The notes: generated by a model from the letters alone, not told the origin. A stretch of DNA of 64,000 bases from Lytechinus pictus (GCF_037042905.1 NC_087251.1:22446001-22510000); one strand, 5' to 3'. Shown: positions 30,677 through 44,706, counted from the stretch's first letter. Numbers and translations: made by a program.

Positions 30677-31513
30677 TTATTAAATTATTGTCACAATTTT
30701 TTTGTACACCTTCAGTAAAACAGGATTAAATTCTGTCATAAATAAACCAGTCTGCTAATTTCACCCGGATTTAGCCAAGTCATTTTGTGACCACCGAAAA
30801 CCTCTCAGAGCACTTTTTTAGTAGATTGTAGAGTTGATTTATTTTCATTTTCTCTTTATCATTATTTTTGCTTGACATGTTTTTACATCAAATATCATGC
30901 TTAAAAATATGAAATACTTGTTTCTGTATTTTTCATTAAAAATTACATGGTGGTGACAACAGTTTTATGACTTTGCATACCAATATGATAACAAGTATAC
31001 GTGAGGTTGATACGTCTTCATCTAAATTTCGCTGCACCATAATGCGCCTACACAATCCAGCACCGCATCTTGAGTATACAAGCGCCATGGCTGGCATGAC
31101 CGCGCCGGCGCACCGGGCCGGTCGGTGCTGAGGAAGGGTACGGTGGGCTGCATGCATATGCTAACACAAATTTTTGTAAAATTATGGATTGAAAATAGTA
31201 GATGTGACATAGACCTTCGCCCCTTAATAGTTCGTCTCAAGTCAAGACCCGTCGGAATATACATAGCTCGATACTGAACCAGATAATTTCTGTCCATTAT
31301 GTCTAACGTTAGACTGGGACTTGGCTTTGCTGTTTAGTGGTCGTATTCGATCCTGCCTGATGGATTGCAAAATGTGGGTTGGATTTGTGGATATAGCATA
31401 ATTATTTTAGATTTTCAGACTACAATCTACACTGTAAGTGAAAATTAAAATTCTAACCTTGAATATTTATCGTTGCTCATCCGCCATAGTGCCACATCAA
31501 TGACAGACCAAGT

Positions 31514-32927
31514 CAACCGCGTAGCCTGGATTTCATTTTGGAGGGGGCGGTAAATGCACGCGAAGCCAACACTTACAGAACGCGCGAAGCGCGCTCCCTA
31601 GGGGGTAGGTGCAGGGAGGGGGAGTTTCCCCCTCCCTTTGCGAAGCGCGAAGCTTTTGGTGTTTCATGAATTAAAATGAAAAGGAGCCGTCTCTCTTGTC
31701 TCTAGTACCTATATCAGCTCCAATTCAGTTGACTATATTGTGATTTTGAACCCTGTTTTCAAAAGTGATTGTGAACGCACAAAAAATGAATACAATGGAG
31801 GAAATTAAAATAATAATAACCCCGCGCGAAGCGCGGAAGCTAAAGCGTTTTATCAATTTTTTTGCCATGAAAAGGGTCCCGAGAAAAGGGTATTCTCAAA
31901 GATATATTGAATACTTCCCTTGGAAAGATCAGATTTGATTACAAACAATTTAGCGACAGTGCATATCTTTAACTCGCAAAACAGAGGAGAAGAGGTGTAT
32001 ATGCCGGGAGGAAGATATTCCTCCCCGCGCAGAGCAATGAAACTCTGAAATTTCAAAGGGCGGACGTTTCATCAAATGCAGATATCTCTAATACCCCATC
32101 GGCTCTAATTTAATTTATTTTCTAAGATTATTGAACTTCATTACAAGGAAAATAGTGCGCAAAAAGTTGAAACTTCTGTGATTTATTGAAATTATATAAA
32201 AAAAGGATGCCTAATTTCTTTGACCTATCCTAAAGCGCTTCATTTTGAATTATAAAGAAACTTAAGTGTCATTCAAAATTTCAAATTGAGGGCGCAAAAC
32301 AGGACAGGAGATGAATGTGCAGGGAAATGACATGAAGTTTAAGAGAATTTGATAAAAAAATATTGTACTTTTTTATTTAATACGACACGAATTTTATACC
32401 TTCCTCTGTTTAAATTAGGAACCTGTTTGCCCCAAAATTATGGATGTTTAGTAATGAGCTGAAAAGCGGGAGAAGTTGACTTTATGGAGGTGATGGCAGA
32501 AATTGATATAAAGATTTTACCCGCCCGGAGCCGACCCGACCAGAAGTTGCGCGATCAATAAAAAAAAAGATAACTTCATATACTTCGGCCTAACCTTACT
32601 ATAATTCCATGCCCTAATGTATACATTTGAACTTTAACTGGCAAGAAACACATATAGCTAAGGTGGAAAAACAGGGTTAGATAAAGGGTGGGGGAAACAA
32701 TGGAGAACTTCAATATTGTCATTTAACCGCGCGCAGCGCGGAAGCAAAATTCATATAAATTTTAATAGAGCAAGAGTGAAGGAGTTTCTCTTTCTCTCTA
32801 CCTTTTTTCCCTTTCTTCCCTTCCCTTTTCCTTTTCTCCTCTCTTTTCCCTTTTTTTTTCTTTTTGGGGACGTTTGGGGGGGGGGGCGACCGCCCCCACC
32901 GCCCCCCCCCCCCTGGCTACGCACCTG
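31514..32927. mobile_element. 1.4-kb non-autonomous hAT-type element
   Basis: CAACCGCGTAGCC...GGCTACGCACCTG termini with perfect 8-bp TSD GACCAAGT (31506-31513, 32928-32935); GCGCGAAGCGCG motifs inside. Confidence 0.88.
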
Positions 32928-33761
32928 GACCAAGTCTATATCTTTCAAGTCCATATCTAGCTAAGTCGAGTCGCGTCGAGATTATCATGCCAGTGCAGTG
33001 CAGTCAGCATTCACGCAGCGCAGTACGTGCACCGAGATACAGGTGACCGGGGATGTTTCGGCGCGGCCAGACCAGAACATCACGGTCTTGGCTCTGGCGT
33101 TAGCTTGTGTAGATTCGGTAGGGGCAGCGAAATTAAGCAGAAGAACGGTAACACAAATGTCATCAGTCTATGTATTTTTATTGCTATGTAAACTACAAGA
33201 ATCATGATTACCTTTTGTTTTACAATTTTTTAAAAATACAAATATGCTAAAATAATATTATTTATGATATTTTCTTGGAGGTTTTTTCATCAATAAAAAA
33301 TAGTAAAATTGAACAAACGAAAAAAAAATCAACTCTACAATCTTCCAAAAAAGTGCTCTGGAAGAAGATGGTCACAAAATCTGAGCGAAGATTATTTTTC
33401 ATGCTACAATTAGTTAGGCCCTATATATTAATTCCTCCTTTTTTTCTCTGTTTTCCTTCTTTTTCTACTTGTCCTCTAAGATCCTTCACAACCCATTTTG
33501 AGATTGTCAATAGTTCTTTTCATAATACGTTATCATTGAGCGTTAAATCAGTGGTTCACAGTGTTCATCAATAACATTGTTCATATTGCATTTATTCTTC
33601 ATTGCCAATGCAGCATACTGGGTAAGTATTTATTTCCTTATCATTTGTTTGGTATCTCATGGTCCACTGGCATAAATCCGGTCCGAGCAGGGGGGGGGGG
33701 GGGGATGGGAGCAATATATTGATCTGGCTATGTATACGGGGGTAAATAACCGTGTATACTA

Positions 33762-34166
33762 CCATCTTTATGTTAAAGGTCTATGACGATTTTTTTTTTC
33801 GATGGCTATATTGGAATGATTTGTTATGATATAAAGTATAAAGTAATTGAATTGCAATTAATAACAATATGCGAGCGAGCAAAAAAACTTATAGTTAGAA
33901 GACAGAATGATGACCGAAATCGTCTTTCAAGGGGTGTGTAATCATCACATCACGGGAAATGTACACGTATGTAATATATCCTGTAAATAATTACCATCTT
34001 TCAGTTCAAGATTTATCACGATTTTTTTTCGAAGGCTATATTGTAATGGATTTGTTGGGATATAAATTAATGAATTACAGTTAATATCAATAGGCGAAAG
34101 AGCAACAAAAAAAATTAGTTAGAAGACAGAATGATGACCGAAATCGTCTTTCAAGGGGTGTGTAAT
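33762..34166. repeat. Diverged ~230-bp tandem duplication
   Basis: TAGTTAGAAGACAGAATGATGACCGAAATCGTCTTTCAAGGGGTGTGTAAT and GATTTTTTTTTCGA(T/A)GGCTATATTG each occur twice. Confidence 0.85.
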
Positions 34167-35558
34167 TATTGGGAAATGCAGCAAGTGAGAGTAGCGGGCG
34201 AGCCTTGAAAAAAGGCTTCAGTCGTTTAAAATGATGTGCATACATTTCAGAGGATGATAAAGATAGATTATAAATCAATTCAACTCTAGAAGAAAAGAAA
34301 AAATATGAAGAGTAATTTAACAGTCCACATTTTGTTCTCTGTAAACTCATTTGCTCACTATAAGGTGATGTAAGAATGAAACAAAGGAATCATGCTTATC
34401 GGGATTATGGGTGCTTTTATAAAATGATTATAGGCCATCACAGGCCATAATAAACTTCCAAAGCCGCGTGGAAATAGCGCAAAGATGCAAATTTAAAGGA
34501 AACTATTGCAGAAAGGAAAGATTTTGAATAATCATTGAGATTTTATCGGGAGATGATGCAACATTCAAAATTTTGAACAAAATTCATATTTGAAATTTAT
34601 ATTAGATTGTAATGATATTAATGTGGTTTAGAGCCTCTATAAGCGGATAAATTGTGCTGCGTGTGTTACTCTCCACAGGCAGCAACCCAATGTATTCTGG
34701 AAGATGTGTAAACATAAAAAAAAAATGTTTACCAAAATGACTGTCATTTTTTTTTTGCTTGTCAAATTTCTCTGGACCAATTTGACCCTCCATTTTGTAG
34801 CTTGTGAAAACCTTTTTTTTGGTCAAATTTTACAGGACCAAAATTGATCTCCATTTTGTTGTCAGAACCCCCTTTTTTGCTTTTGAAATCTACATCAGCA
34901 CCCCCAGTAAAAAAAAATCGTTCTCAGGGCCCTGCGAATAAATCCGGAAACAACATCCATCTTATTGAAACGAGTCGAACCGATGCAGCGCGATGTTATC
35001 GACCAACTCCTCCAAATCAATGACTGTATATTCAGTAAAGATATAGCGCCATCTATTGATCACAATTTTTTTAATGCCGACTGATTTCAGAGATATCTCT
35101 CTTTTTGTCATTCTCCTGAATTGTTGAATACTCGTCGCCAAGGTATAATGCAGGAAGAATATATTGTATATTTGCGACTCCAACATATCCTCTCGGAATA
35201 ACTAAGTGCATGATCAATGTTTATTCATCAAAGCACATTGATGCCTTGCAGAGGCAACAATACAAAACAACGTTTTCTTAGCAAACTTTCATTTTCCATT
35301 AAATTTTGCACTTTCATTGTAGTCTTCACTAATTTGCTAATTGGAGAAAAAAAACCTCAAATATCATCATTCGAAATGTGTTTTTGTATTTCAACTTAGT
35401 AATCGAATAAGATCAAAGAAATAGGAAGGGACATTCCATTAATCTTCCATGAGCACGATGAGGGGAAGCTGGTTTCAGCCCACCGATATTCATGTAATAG
35501 AAGTTTCATATATTGCCATTTTTTATGTTCATGATGATTGAATATGTGTTTCTCAATA

Positions 35559-35798
35559 CACTGTAAAAAACTGTGGTGTTAAAACTGACACCAGTTGGTG
35601 TTAATAGAGGACCAAACCCTGAGGTGTTAAAATTACACCCTAGAGATTGAACATGACACCAAAGAGTGTAAATGTAACACCCCAAGGTGTTGTAATAACA
35701 CCTATGGGTGTTAAAATAACACCGTCAATTTAACACCGGTGTAAAACAACTGGTGTGGTCCTCTATGTACACCGGTTAACACCACAGTTTTTGCTGTG
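35559..35798. mobile_element. TA-flanked MITE with CAC(T/A)G(T/C)AAAAA termini (CMC/EnSpm-like, tentative)
   Basis: TA|CACTGTAAAAAACTGTGGTGTTAA...TTAACACCACAGTTTTTGCTGTG|TA; many internal ACACC/GGTGT motifs. Confidence 0.88.
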
Positions 35799-35879
35799 TA
35801 GAAGCGTGTATGAAATCGCAAGGTTAATTGATGAAAACTGAATAAAAATCTTAAGAAAAATCTTACATCCGGTCCTTAT

Positions 35880-36152
35880 ATTGAGAGATTTGCTTAGTCA
35901 TAGTAGTGGGTTGATTGGTTGGACGATTTATTTACTTTTTCATTTGATATAATGTATATAGAGTTGCCCTGATTTGTTTTCTTTTTTGTTTTTCCCTTGT
36001 TATGTAATGTACTTTGTACTTCTTTATGTCACGGTGCACTCGCCACAAGCACTGCTTACAGAGTTGCTACCTCCATTGTTATTGTTAAATCTTTGAATTT
36101 GTATTAGTACCTTTATCTTTGGAAATAAATGTTGAATTGAATTAAATTGAAT
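35880..36152 (+). mobile_element. LINE 3' UTR remnant ending in AATAAA and (TTGAA)n
   Basis: T-rich body, GGAAATAAATGTTGAATTGAATTAAATTGAA end; boundaries approximate. Confidence 0.5.
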
Positions 36153-39100
36153 GCACAGGTTAGATAAATTTCAGAGGCAATTAGATTTTGCTAAATTGGA
36201 ATGACGTGATACAATAAGGAGCAACTGTCATGTGACGTCACAATATCGAAATTTAAAAATTAATAGCTCTGTTATTATGTAACTATGTGATGGATTTTCG
36301 TCAAACCCATACTACAATTCCTCATTTCCTGATTTTATTAAACCAACTTAACTTCAGGGTTGACCGTCGCCGTTAATTACAAAACAACGAAACTAAATTG
36401 TGGAAAAGATCGCCCAAGAAATAGAAGTTTAGCAAGTGACAGGTTACCCGACCCTCCCTCCTCATTGAGAGCCCCCCTAACCAATTTCTCCATACAACAT
36501 GTACAATGGTGACTGGACACACGATTAAAGCCCGCCGATATAGCGCCTTTCAAGGTACACACTAATGATCTAATAAGACGCATTGCCAGAAATATAATCA
36601 TGATCAATGTCGTATGCGTGACACCTCTATATATTGTTTGTTTGTGTTTTATGTGCATTGATTACGAGAGCACACGCTCTAACCCAGTAATATTTGATTC
36701 TCAAGTAAGCACGTCTTTTTTTTTCCAAATCCCATTCAATTTGAAATAATGTTGTCAGGTTCCCATTTTAAATTGATTTTTTGAATAAAAAAACCTGGGC
36801 CAGTCTTTACTCAAATTAGTACTCTTCTCATCCATATCTCTTATCAACACAATATGAGATCAATGTTATTTGATTTGCATCCATCACAGCCCTTTGTGAG
36901 ACAGGCCCCGGCGACCAATGACGTCTTGGAAGAAAATCAGTTTCTGCCAGTAATTATCCAATTGAACCCTCTTCAATTGTTACCAATAACATTCAGATAA
37001 TCCACACCATTTATGTTTGAGTCAATTGATTTGTTATTGGGATAACTCGGACATGTCAAAAGGAAGAATGTAATTTATGTAAGACTTCATTATAGTAGGT
37101 AGAGGGTCCACACTCCTTACCCCTTGCTTTTAATGACTCACACACTGGTGCAGGTTATTGAAATGTGTTATAAATGATTCATTGTACTTAATGTGGTAAT
37201 TGAATAAAGAGATTCATTAAAGATTGCTCTCATTTAAGCAATGTTAATTCATATAAATTCATCAATAAAAAAAAAAGAGATTTACATTGGAATCAATGAA
37301 TCTGGTTGAATGAGGAAACTTATTTTTGACAATTTGGAGGTGCCCGGAGAACACCAAAATCTGCCATTGGTTTCTATAGTAAAAAAAACTTTGTGAATGC
37401 AATATATATTCTACAATCATGCAATGTTGTTTTATTAATACGAATAGTTGAAATGCACTATAAACATATTCAAATGCAAGAATTAAAAAGCTAAACAAAT
37501 AAAAATTATCTTTTTCAAATCTTAAACAACCTTGACCATTGACTTGATTGAATTCCCTTTTCGCCTTTGAAATGATACAAATGCAATATCTGGGCATCTG
37601 ACAGATAAACGCAATTAACGCAGTCCTCGACACACGTGTTTGGTTTGTAGTGATTATGTAATCATTATTTAATTGTTTCCTCAGATTTTGACATCTTATT
37701 ATAACCAGCAGTAAGATCTCTCTTCAAGAGAAGAAGCCTAAGGAATGAACATGAATCACCTAACAGCAGAGAGTTGTTAGGAGACGGCCCCAGAGGGGGC
37801 ACTAGCGCAGGGGCAAGTGCCCCACAATCATTTCTCAAAAAAAAAAACGATGAAATAAAATGAAGGGGAATGGGAAAAAATTAGAAGATATACCTGTTGG
37901 TCTGGAATGTGCAACTATGAATTATTTTGCATTTTGAAGTAGAAGATCTCACCATTTAGTCAACCTCGCCCCATCTCTTTTATAAAAATACCCTGGCCCT
38001 ATTCCTGATTATACTGAAAATGTGCAGTCATCTAATAATGCAAGAGTTTCCGTAGCTTATAACAGTTGTCAAATTGAAAAATCACTTACATAGAGTCATG
38101 GGATGCTTCAGTCAATAAAAGGAGAGCATGTATATACTGATTTTCGCATTCCCTTTCCTCAATGACTGTTCTTAAGTACAGTGTAATGCATGTATTATCA
38201 TTTTTTGAAATAAAATCTTCCATTTAAATACGATGCTTCTAATTTCGCACATGCTTTGCAAACAGTTTCCATATCCATATCACCGTACCTTGACTTCCTT
38301 GTAATATTCAGGTAAATTTGGAGAGAATGAGGGGGAGGGGTGTTTAGGGGAGCAAGAAATAAGAGAATAAATATCATTAATAGCCCATCCGTCAGTTCTT
38401 TTTTTAACTTAAAAATCATTTTCTTAAATCAAACAGGTCATCATTTCATCAATTTTGAATTATCATATCATTAAATTCACCATTTCATGCCTACTTATTC
38501 TCCTTTTTTTATCCGTGCTTTGAAATCCTGCTCTATTATTTTTTTTTCTCTTTTCCCTTTTATTTTCATATCCCTCGTGTGTTTCCCTTTTTCTTGTTCC
38601 TTGTTTTTTGTTCTTCTGCTGTTCTCTGTTCTGTCACCTCTGTGTCCGTCTCCGTAGGCAATATAGCATTTGCTTTTTAGTGGACCCCTCTATTTTATCA
38701 GATCTTTATAATGTTTATGATAATTTGCTAATAATCATATAATACTTTGTTTTGTCTTACTTATGGGAAAAAGTCAATATTGTACACATCTCAATTTACA
38801 TTGTTTGTATAAGTTTCATTTGCAAATGTCATGGTAATTATTTTCGACCACGTTACTTTGTTCTGTTGAAAATGAAATAAAACGAATTGACAAAAAAATT
38901 GAAGAGAAAGGGGGAGAGAGAGAGAGAGGGGGGGGGGGGGAACGGGGACGGGGAGGAAGGGGGAGAGAGGGGGAGATCGAGAGGGAGAGAGAGAATGGTT
39001 GGAAAGAAAAATAAATGGGAATACATTGTGTGTAATTGGTTTTTCGATCTAATTGACACTGCGGTCAATGACTTAAATGGTAATGATCGGTTTATGACAT

Positions 39101-39735
39101 CGCAACCTTTTTATTGGCAGGCTTCCCAAATGTGATCTTGAATTAACCAGGTGTATGCAGTGTATGCCAAAGTGGAGAGAGCTTGAAAATTATAGGTCAG
39201 GTTATTCATTGTGTCTCATTATTTGATAATGGGAGAAGGAAGGAGGGAAGGGAGGAAGAATAAGAAGGAGGAGAGGATTGAAAAGGAGAAGGAAGAGAAT
39301 GATAAGAATGATAACGTCACAATTATGACTTCTACTTATAATACTAATAATGAGAAGGAGGAGAAGAAGAAGAATGGTGATGATAATAATGATAACATCA
39401 ACAACAATGATGATGATCAAAAGAAGAAATTGAAGGAGAAGAAGACGGAAAATAAATAAGAAGAGGTAGGAGGAGAGAGAAAAAGATTATACTATATAAT
39501 GGGGAAGTAATAATCGGAGCAAAAGACTGCATTTTCATATCCACTTAAAAGCGGTGTTTGAAATATTGTTTTAATTATCGTTTTCCTGAAAAATAAATCT
39601 GAAACTGACATGAAAAGTGTAGTTTCCCCAGAAAATTCTTAATCCACTTTTGTTTCCTCAAAAGTTTTTTTCTCACTTGCCTACATGCATTTATGGAAAA
39701 GAAATACCGAAAGCAGTTATTGCAGTTATTGGACT

Positions 39736-39886
39736 GGTTTGTTGGCTCAGTTGGTAGAGCGTCCGTCTCGCAACCGGGAGGTCGGGAATTCAAACCCCGT
39801 CAGACCAAAGTATAGGTCTGACGGGGAGATGGGAGTTTCTGCTACCTTGTTCTACGTTCAACATTTAAGGGATAGAGCTTCGTCGC
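39736..39886 (+). mobile_element. tRNA-derived SINE fragment
   Basis: TGGCTCAGTTGGTAGAGCG A box, CTCGCAA anticodon-like loop, mutated B box; continues into non-tRNA sequence without a closing acceptor stem. Confidence 0.75.
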
Positions 39887-40659
39887 AAAAATAATTTTTG
39901 GAGTATTACATTAAATATGGATTTTAATTTTTAATTTTTTTTTCTCCAAATGTAAGCAGTGCATTAATTGCTCCCAAATATAATCAATGCATTTTCATAG
40001 TTACAAATTGGATACAGGCTAGTATTGATAAAGAATCCTCAAATTGATAAATACAAAATGATTTAAAAACCAAAGCTGCATACCAAGAATCCAGTGGCAT
40101 ATCTCGGGATGCAAAAAAAAACCAAAAGAGAAAAAGGAAGAAGGAGGAAATTAAAGAAGGGGATTCTGCACCAGGCTCCATTAAAATTAAGCGTTAGAGG
40201 CATTAAAAAGGAAAATCGAAATAAAAAAGTTGTTTTTATAAGGGAAAATAAGTCAAGAAAATAAGACAAGTATACAAGTTATGAAGTGTTAAAAGGTGAA
40301 ACATTAGTAATCACTTCATCCATGGAGACTTCAATTTGGCCGCATTGGTGATGTCATATAGACAAGGATGACTCTTCCATTTACTCCAATACAGTACATA
40401 CGACGGCTGAAACGTAATTACTTCTAAAGTTTCAATACAAATATATTTTTCTTTCATGAGGACATAAAACAATATGCTTCTTTTGTTGTATTTTGATTAC
40501 TGTCCTCGGCGGATAGGATTTACCTTAGAGAAAACTACAAATCCTTGATACTTGAATACATGGCCTACTATGGGGAATGTTGTTCCTACCACTTGCCATA
40601 AGTTGCCAATTTGAAATTTACGCAGTCTTAGGGAATTAAACTTGAAAGCAGCCATAACT

Positions 40660-42053
40660 TTCTCGGTGCTTATTTTTGAAATTCTGATCTAAAATATGGA
40701 CATTCCAAGCACTTCTTTTTATATTATGACTAAGCAATGCGAGCGCGAAACTCGAGCGGAAAAAATAAGATTTATAGACGTAAAGGCGGGACACTCTATT
40801 CATGAAAATGATGGGTAATTGGTTATCTTTTTACATTAATAATGCTCGCGCGAAGCGCGAGCAGAAATTTTTTGATATTCTGATATGAAACTGGATAATA
40901 ATCTAAGCACGTTTTAAATAAAGAACAAGCTGCGTTTCTCAATAAACATGCATGAGCGTGTTTTAGATTTAGACCTATAATCTGAGCATTATAAATATAT
41001 TTTTTTACTCCTGAAAATCAATAATGCAAGGGCGAAGCGCGTGCTGAAAATATTTTTTATTCCGACCTTAAAAGGGTAAATTTAAGCACTATTCCAAGCA
41101 CAATGTAGGAATATAATTGTGAAGTGGATATGGATCGCACTAAATAAATGGGGGAAGGGAAGCACGAGCTGATATTCTTATGTTATTATTTTGACCTAGG
41201 CCAGGGACATTTTAAGGACACTCGGTCATCATATGAAAATGATAAGTGTCTTCCTATTCCTCTTCCTAAGCGCGAGATGAAACTTGTCGATATTCCATTC
41301 TGAAAAGGGACAATTTAATTATTAGGAATTCATGAAAATGTTATCTTATTCATCAATTTAATAGGCCTATAATGAGACCGCGAAACATCTAAACACTTTT
41401 GTAATTATCAATATTATGCGTGGTTAAATATATTTTTAACAATAATGCTAACGCAACTCGCGGGCTGATTTTTTTACAAGCTGTCATGAAAAGGGTATAT
41501 TTCAGAAGTTTGTTATATATAAAATTACTATAGAGGTGTACATAACTCACCAATAAAAATGCGAGCGCGCAGCGCTGGCTGATAGGTTTTGAGTTTTTGA
41601 CAATCAGTCCTGAAAAGGGATATTTTGAGAACTTTATGGAATACACAATGAGAATAATGCGAGCGCACAGCGCGACCTTAAAAATATTGATGCTTGGACC
41701 CCCTAAAAAAATTACAAAGCACTTTTTTAAAATAAATTCGTAGATCAAACAAAATAATGAAACCTCGATGACCGAGCTTAAATATGCTTTGTATATTGAC
41801 AGCAAAACTTGAAATTTTTAAGCACCATGTCAGCCTATTGAACAAGATATGTATCTCATCGAACGTGATATGCGATATGTTTGTATTTTCCAAGTCAATT
41901 GTATTCCACCTCTTTTCCCATATTTCTTTTTTCTTCTCTCCTTTTCCTTCCTTTTCCTTTTGTGTGTCTTTCTTTCCCCTTTTTACCTTTTTGCTCCGCC
42001 AGTAAGGGGGGTGGGGGGAGGGAGTCCCTTCGGCTCCCCTGGATCCGCCGTTG
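40660..42053 (+). mobile_element. Non-autonomous hAT-like element (right part) with ~100-120-bp periodic GCGAAGCGCGAG motifs
   Basis: Motif variants near 40739, 40845, 41027, 41155, 41267, 41373, 41447, 41561, 41659; right end CCCCTGGATCCGCCGTTG at 42053. Confidence 0.7.
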
Positions 42054-42199
42054 AGAGGGGTCTTATGTACAAGGGCTATTAAGGAATCTTTAAGATATAG
42101 GGAGGAGAAAGGTGAGAGAGAGGTGACGGGGAGAAATGTAGGGCTGAGCGGTGTGAAATTGTGAGATATACGTGTATTTTGATCCACACTCCAGTGCCA

Positions 42200-42230
42200 T
42201 TTTCGTCAGTGCTCCGATGATGATTGGCTA
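42200..42230 (+). promoter_or_regulatory. Candidate proximal promoter motifs of the LRR gene (CGTCA half-CRE, inverted CCAAT box)
   Basis: TTCGTCAG at ~42202 and GATTGG at ~42222, at the start of a CpG-richer stretch ~340 bp upstream of the ATG; motif match only. Confidence 0.3.
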
Positions 42231-42563
42231 ACTACCGAGACGATGCAAACAGCGCAGCTCGTGGCATCGCTCGCACACTTACGGTTGTACTTGGTGATTG
42301 TTATTGGATGATAAGACTGGTGTCAGCGAAGTCGAGCGAACCCAATTGTCTCACCAAGGAGCTTCAAATGTCGCCTGTTCGGATGTTGTACGGACTATAC
42401 CAAAGACACGCTAAAGTTAACTTTTGTTATGTTTCTAGAATTTGAAAGAGTTACTGGTGTTTCTCCATTGGATTTTCACTTATCTCTTTAGAGAAAAGGT
42501 GAATTTGTCTCTGATAGTGATTACATATTGTTAACAAGGGAGAAAACCAACCTAAAAAAAAGC

Positions 42564-42883
42564 ATGAGTAGTTTGGATTCCCACCGGGCTGTCGGACGGA
42601 TTCTCCTCGTCACCCTCGCCATGTGCTACGGGACGGTGATCTACTGTGAAGCCGTAAATGTCACAAGTACCTTGCAGCCGTATTGGCCTAGCCCTTTGGT
42701 CCCCAGCCCTACCTTTCAAGCTGAAAGCCCTGGAGGAGGGGGCGAGGTGACTCAAGGGGATGGGGTAGGAGGGAAAGGTTCCTGCCCAACATTTTGCTCT
42801 TGCCAGCCCTTCGTCACCAACTGCCGCGGGACAGAGATTAAATCAATGGCACAATTGAATTTGAATTCCAACACCCAGAATTT
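42564..42883 (+). CDS. First coding exon of a secreted or membrane leucine-rich-repeat protein (signal peptide + LRRNT); possibly an LGR-type receptor
   Basis: MSSLDSHRAVGRILLVTLAMCYGTVIYCEA (signal-like), Pro/Ser/Gly spacer, CPTFCSCQPFVTNC (LRRNT CPxxCxC...C), ending NTQN(L) with a phase-2 donor AATTT|gtaagt, typical of LRR genes built from 72-nt exons. GC-rich relative to flanks. Confidence 0.85.
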
Positions 42884-44177
42884 GTAAGTCAAATTTGTCA
42901 ATCCCCCTTTTCTCTGTATTTTTCTGCGTGGATGAATGGATTGCATGGATTTGGGTGTTTTTTTTCTTGATGTGACTTAAATCTGTAATGCCATGGGGAT
43001 GTCATCAGGCAAACTTGTAATGACACCTTCCAGGCGTTACCTTACCGGGTTACCCGATTTGAAAGTAAGCTTTGTTATTAACGCTTTCTTAACTGGATAT
43101 GCAGACCTTACACCTACATTGTTTCAACCAGTGCTCCCGGAGTCTTGACGAAACCGGGACATCTTATTGCATCTGACCTACATTCCTTCCTGAAAAGCAA
43201 CCGACATTGTTATCCCTTTGGTGCATGTTTGTCGTATGTGCACTTTCTTTCCGAACATTTGGAAATCGGTTTTGATACTTTTATAAAATAATGTTTCTAA
43301 TTTTAAGGACTTGAGGAGGTTTAGGGGCTTGGAGGAAGAGAGATGCCTTACTAGTATTCCACTTTCCTTTTTGTTTTCACCGTTATCATTATACTGGTCA
43401 TGGTTAAGATCATGGAGCCCTGCATAAATAACGAAGCAAAAATGCAGAGATGGGGGGGGGGGGGTGGGGGTCGTTGGGAGAAGGGTGTAGGTAGAGATAA
43501 CATTAATGTCGCCCCAAATAGATAATCTCAATAGAAACTTGTTTTGTTTTATTAAGAAAAATATGTGAGGATCATGGATCTACGATGTCAAGGAGTGTAA
43601 TTGAGATGAACTGTGCCATTTTAATGATATTCTCATAACTTCGTATTCATTGTTAACCGTCATAGATTGTTGTATGTCGCGGCCCGGTCATCTATGTAGA
43701 CATTGTATCGAGATTATTATTATCCATTGGCTGTTATTTCGTATCTCTGAGCTCTGTCAAAAAAACATAACGTATCCATTATGAAACAGCTGAGAAAAGT
43801 CATGCTTTTTGTGATTTATTATTTTATTATGAGGATTTGATTTCCCTTATTCATAATCATAACCCTGTTTTACAGCTGCTATCAATATTTTAGGGCAAAG
43901 TTCTCATGCAACCAACCTTTCATCACCCTCTCTGCATTAACCTTTTCATTTAAAAACGATAAACCAACACTCGTTCAAGACCCCTATTTAAAAAATTCTT
44001 TATTTGTTATTTCGATTGATTTCAACAATAATGGCCAACGTTAATGATTTTTCCATCATTTTACTGCACTTTGATTTGTCCCAATCTTTGATTCTCATTA
44101 AGGGCTAGTAACCGCTTTTTTTCTTACTTAAATCAAAATTTGACTGACAGATTAGATGTTTAGGGTGGTGCTCTTAA

Positions 44178-44325
44178 GGGCATTTTCACGGTAACTGACA
44201 TGTAAAATTGTGCCGTGTAACGTCAGTAAGCAAACTCCCATCATTTGTTGTTTTAGAGATAATCATACACACAATGAAAAGTGTGTAAATTGTACCGTGT
44301 AACGTCAGTTGCCGTGAAAATGCCC
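44178..44325. mobile_element. 148-bp MITE flanked by TTAA
   Basis: TTAA|GGGCATTTTCACGGTAACTGAC...GTCAGTTGCCGTGAAAATGCCC|TTAA. Confidence 0.88.
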
Positions 44326-44477
44326 TTAAGCATTTTTTCTGCAATATTCACTGGTAATTGCCATTAGCTATAATAATCCTTGTGTTTGATTGACTGATAA
44401 CATTTATTAATAAAAAGTTTTGTTGAGTACAGTAATTAGGAGAATCGGCACTTATGATTGTATATACTATAGCAATA

Positions 44478-44584
44478 GAAGCAGCAGCAGCAGTAGCGGT
44501 AATAGTAGTAATTCAAGTAGAAGCAACACTAGTAGGAGTGTGGTAGCAGTTGCATGTAGCAGCAGCAGCAGCAGCATTAGCTGC

Positions 44585-44653
<69 letters not shown>

Positions 44654-44706
44654 TACAGGAGGAGAAGGAGGATGAGAAGGAGGGGAAGAAGAAGGAGGAG
44701 GAGGAG
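44478..44706. repeat. Compound (AGC)n/(AGT)n/(AGG)n microsatellite
   Basis: Seen directly. Confidence 0.92.

Noticed and set aside
34962..35186. Minus-strand ORF ending DLEELVDNIALHRFDSFQ as a terminal exon
   Set aside because: No recognisable family and no partner exons; flanked by repeat relics.
39736..39810. tRNA-Ala(CGC) gene
   Set aside because: B box mutated, acceptor stem does not close, and the sequence continues into a SINE body.
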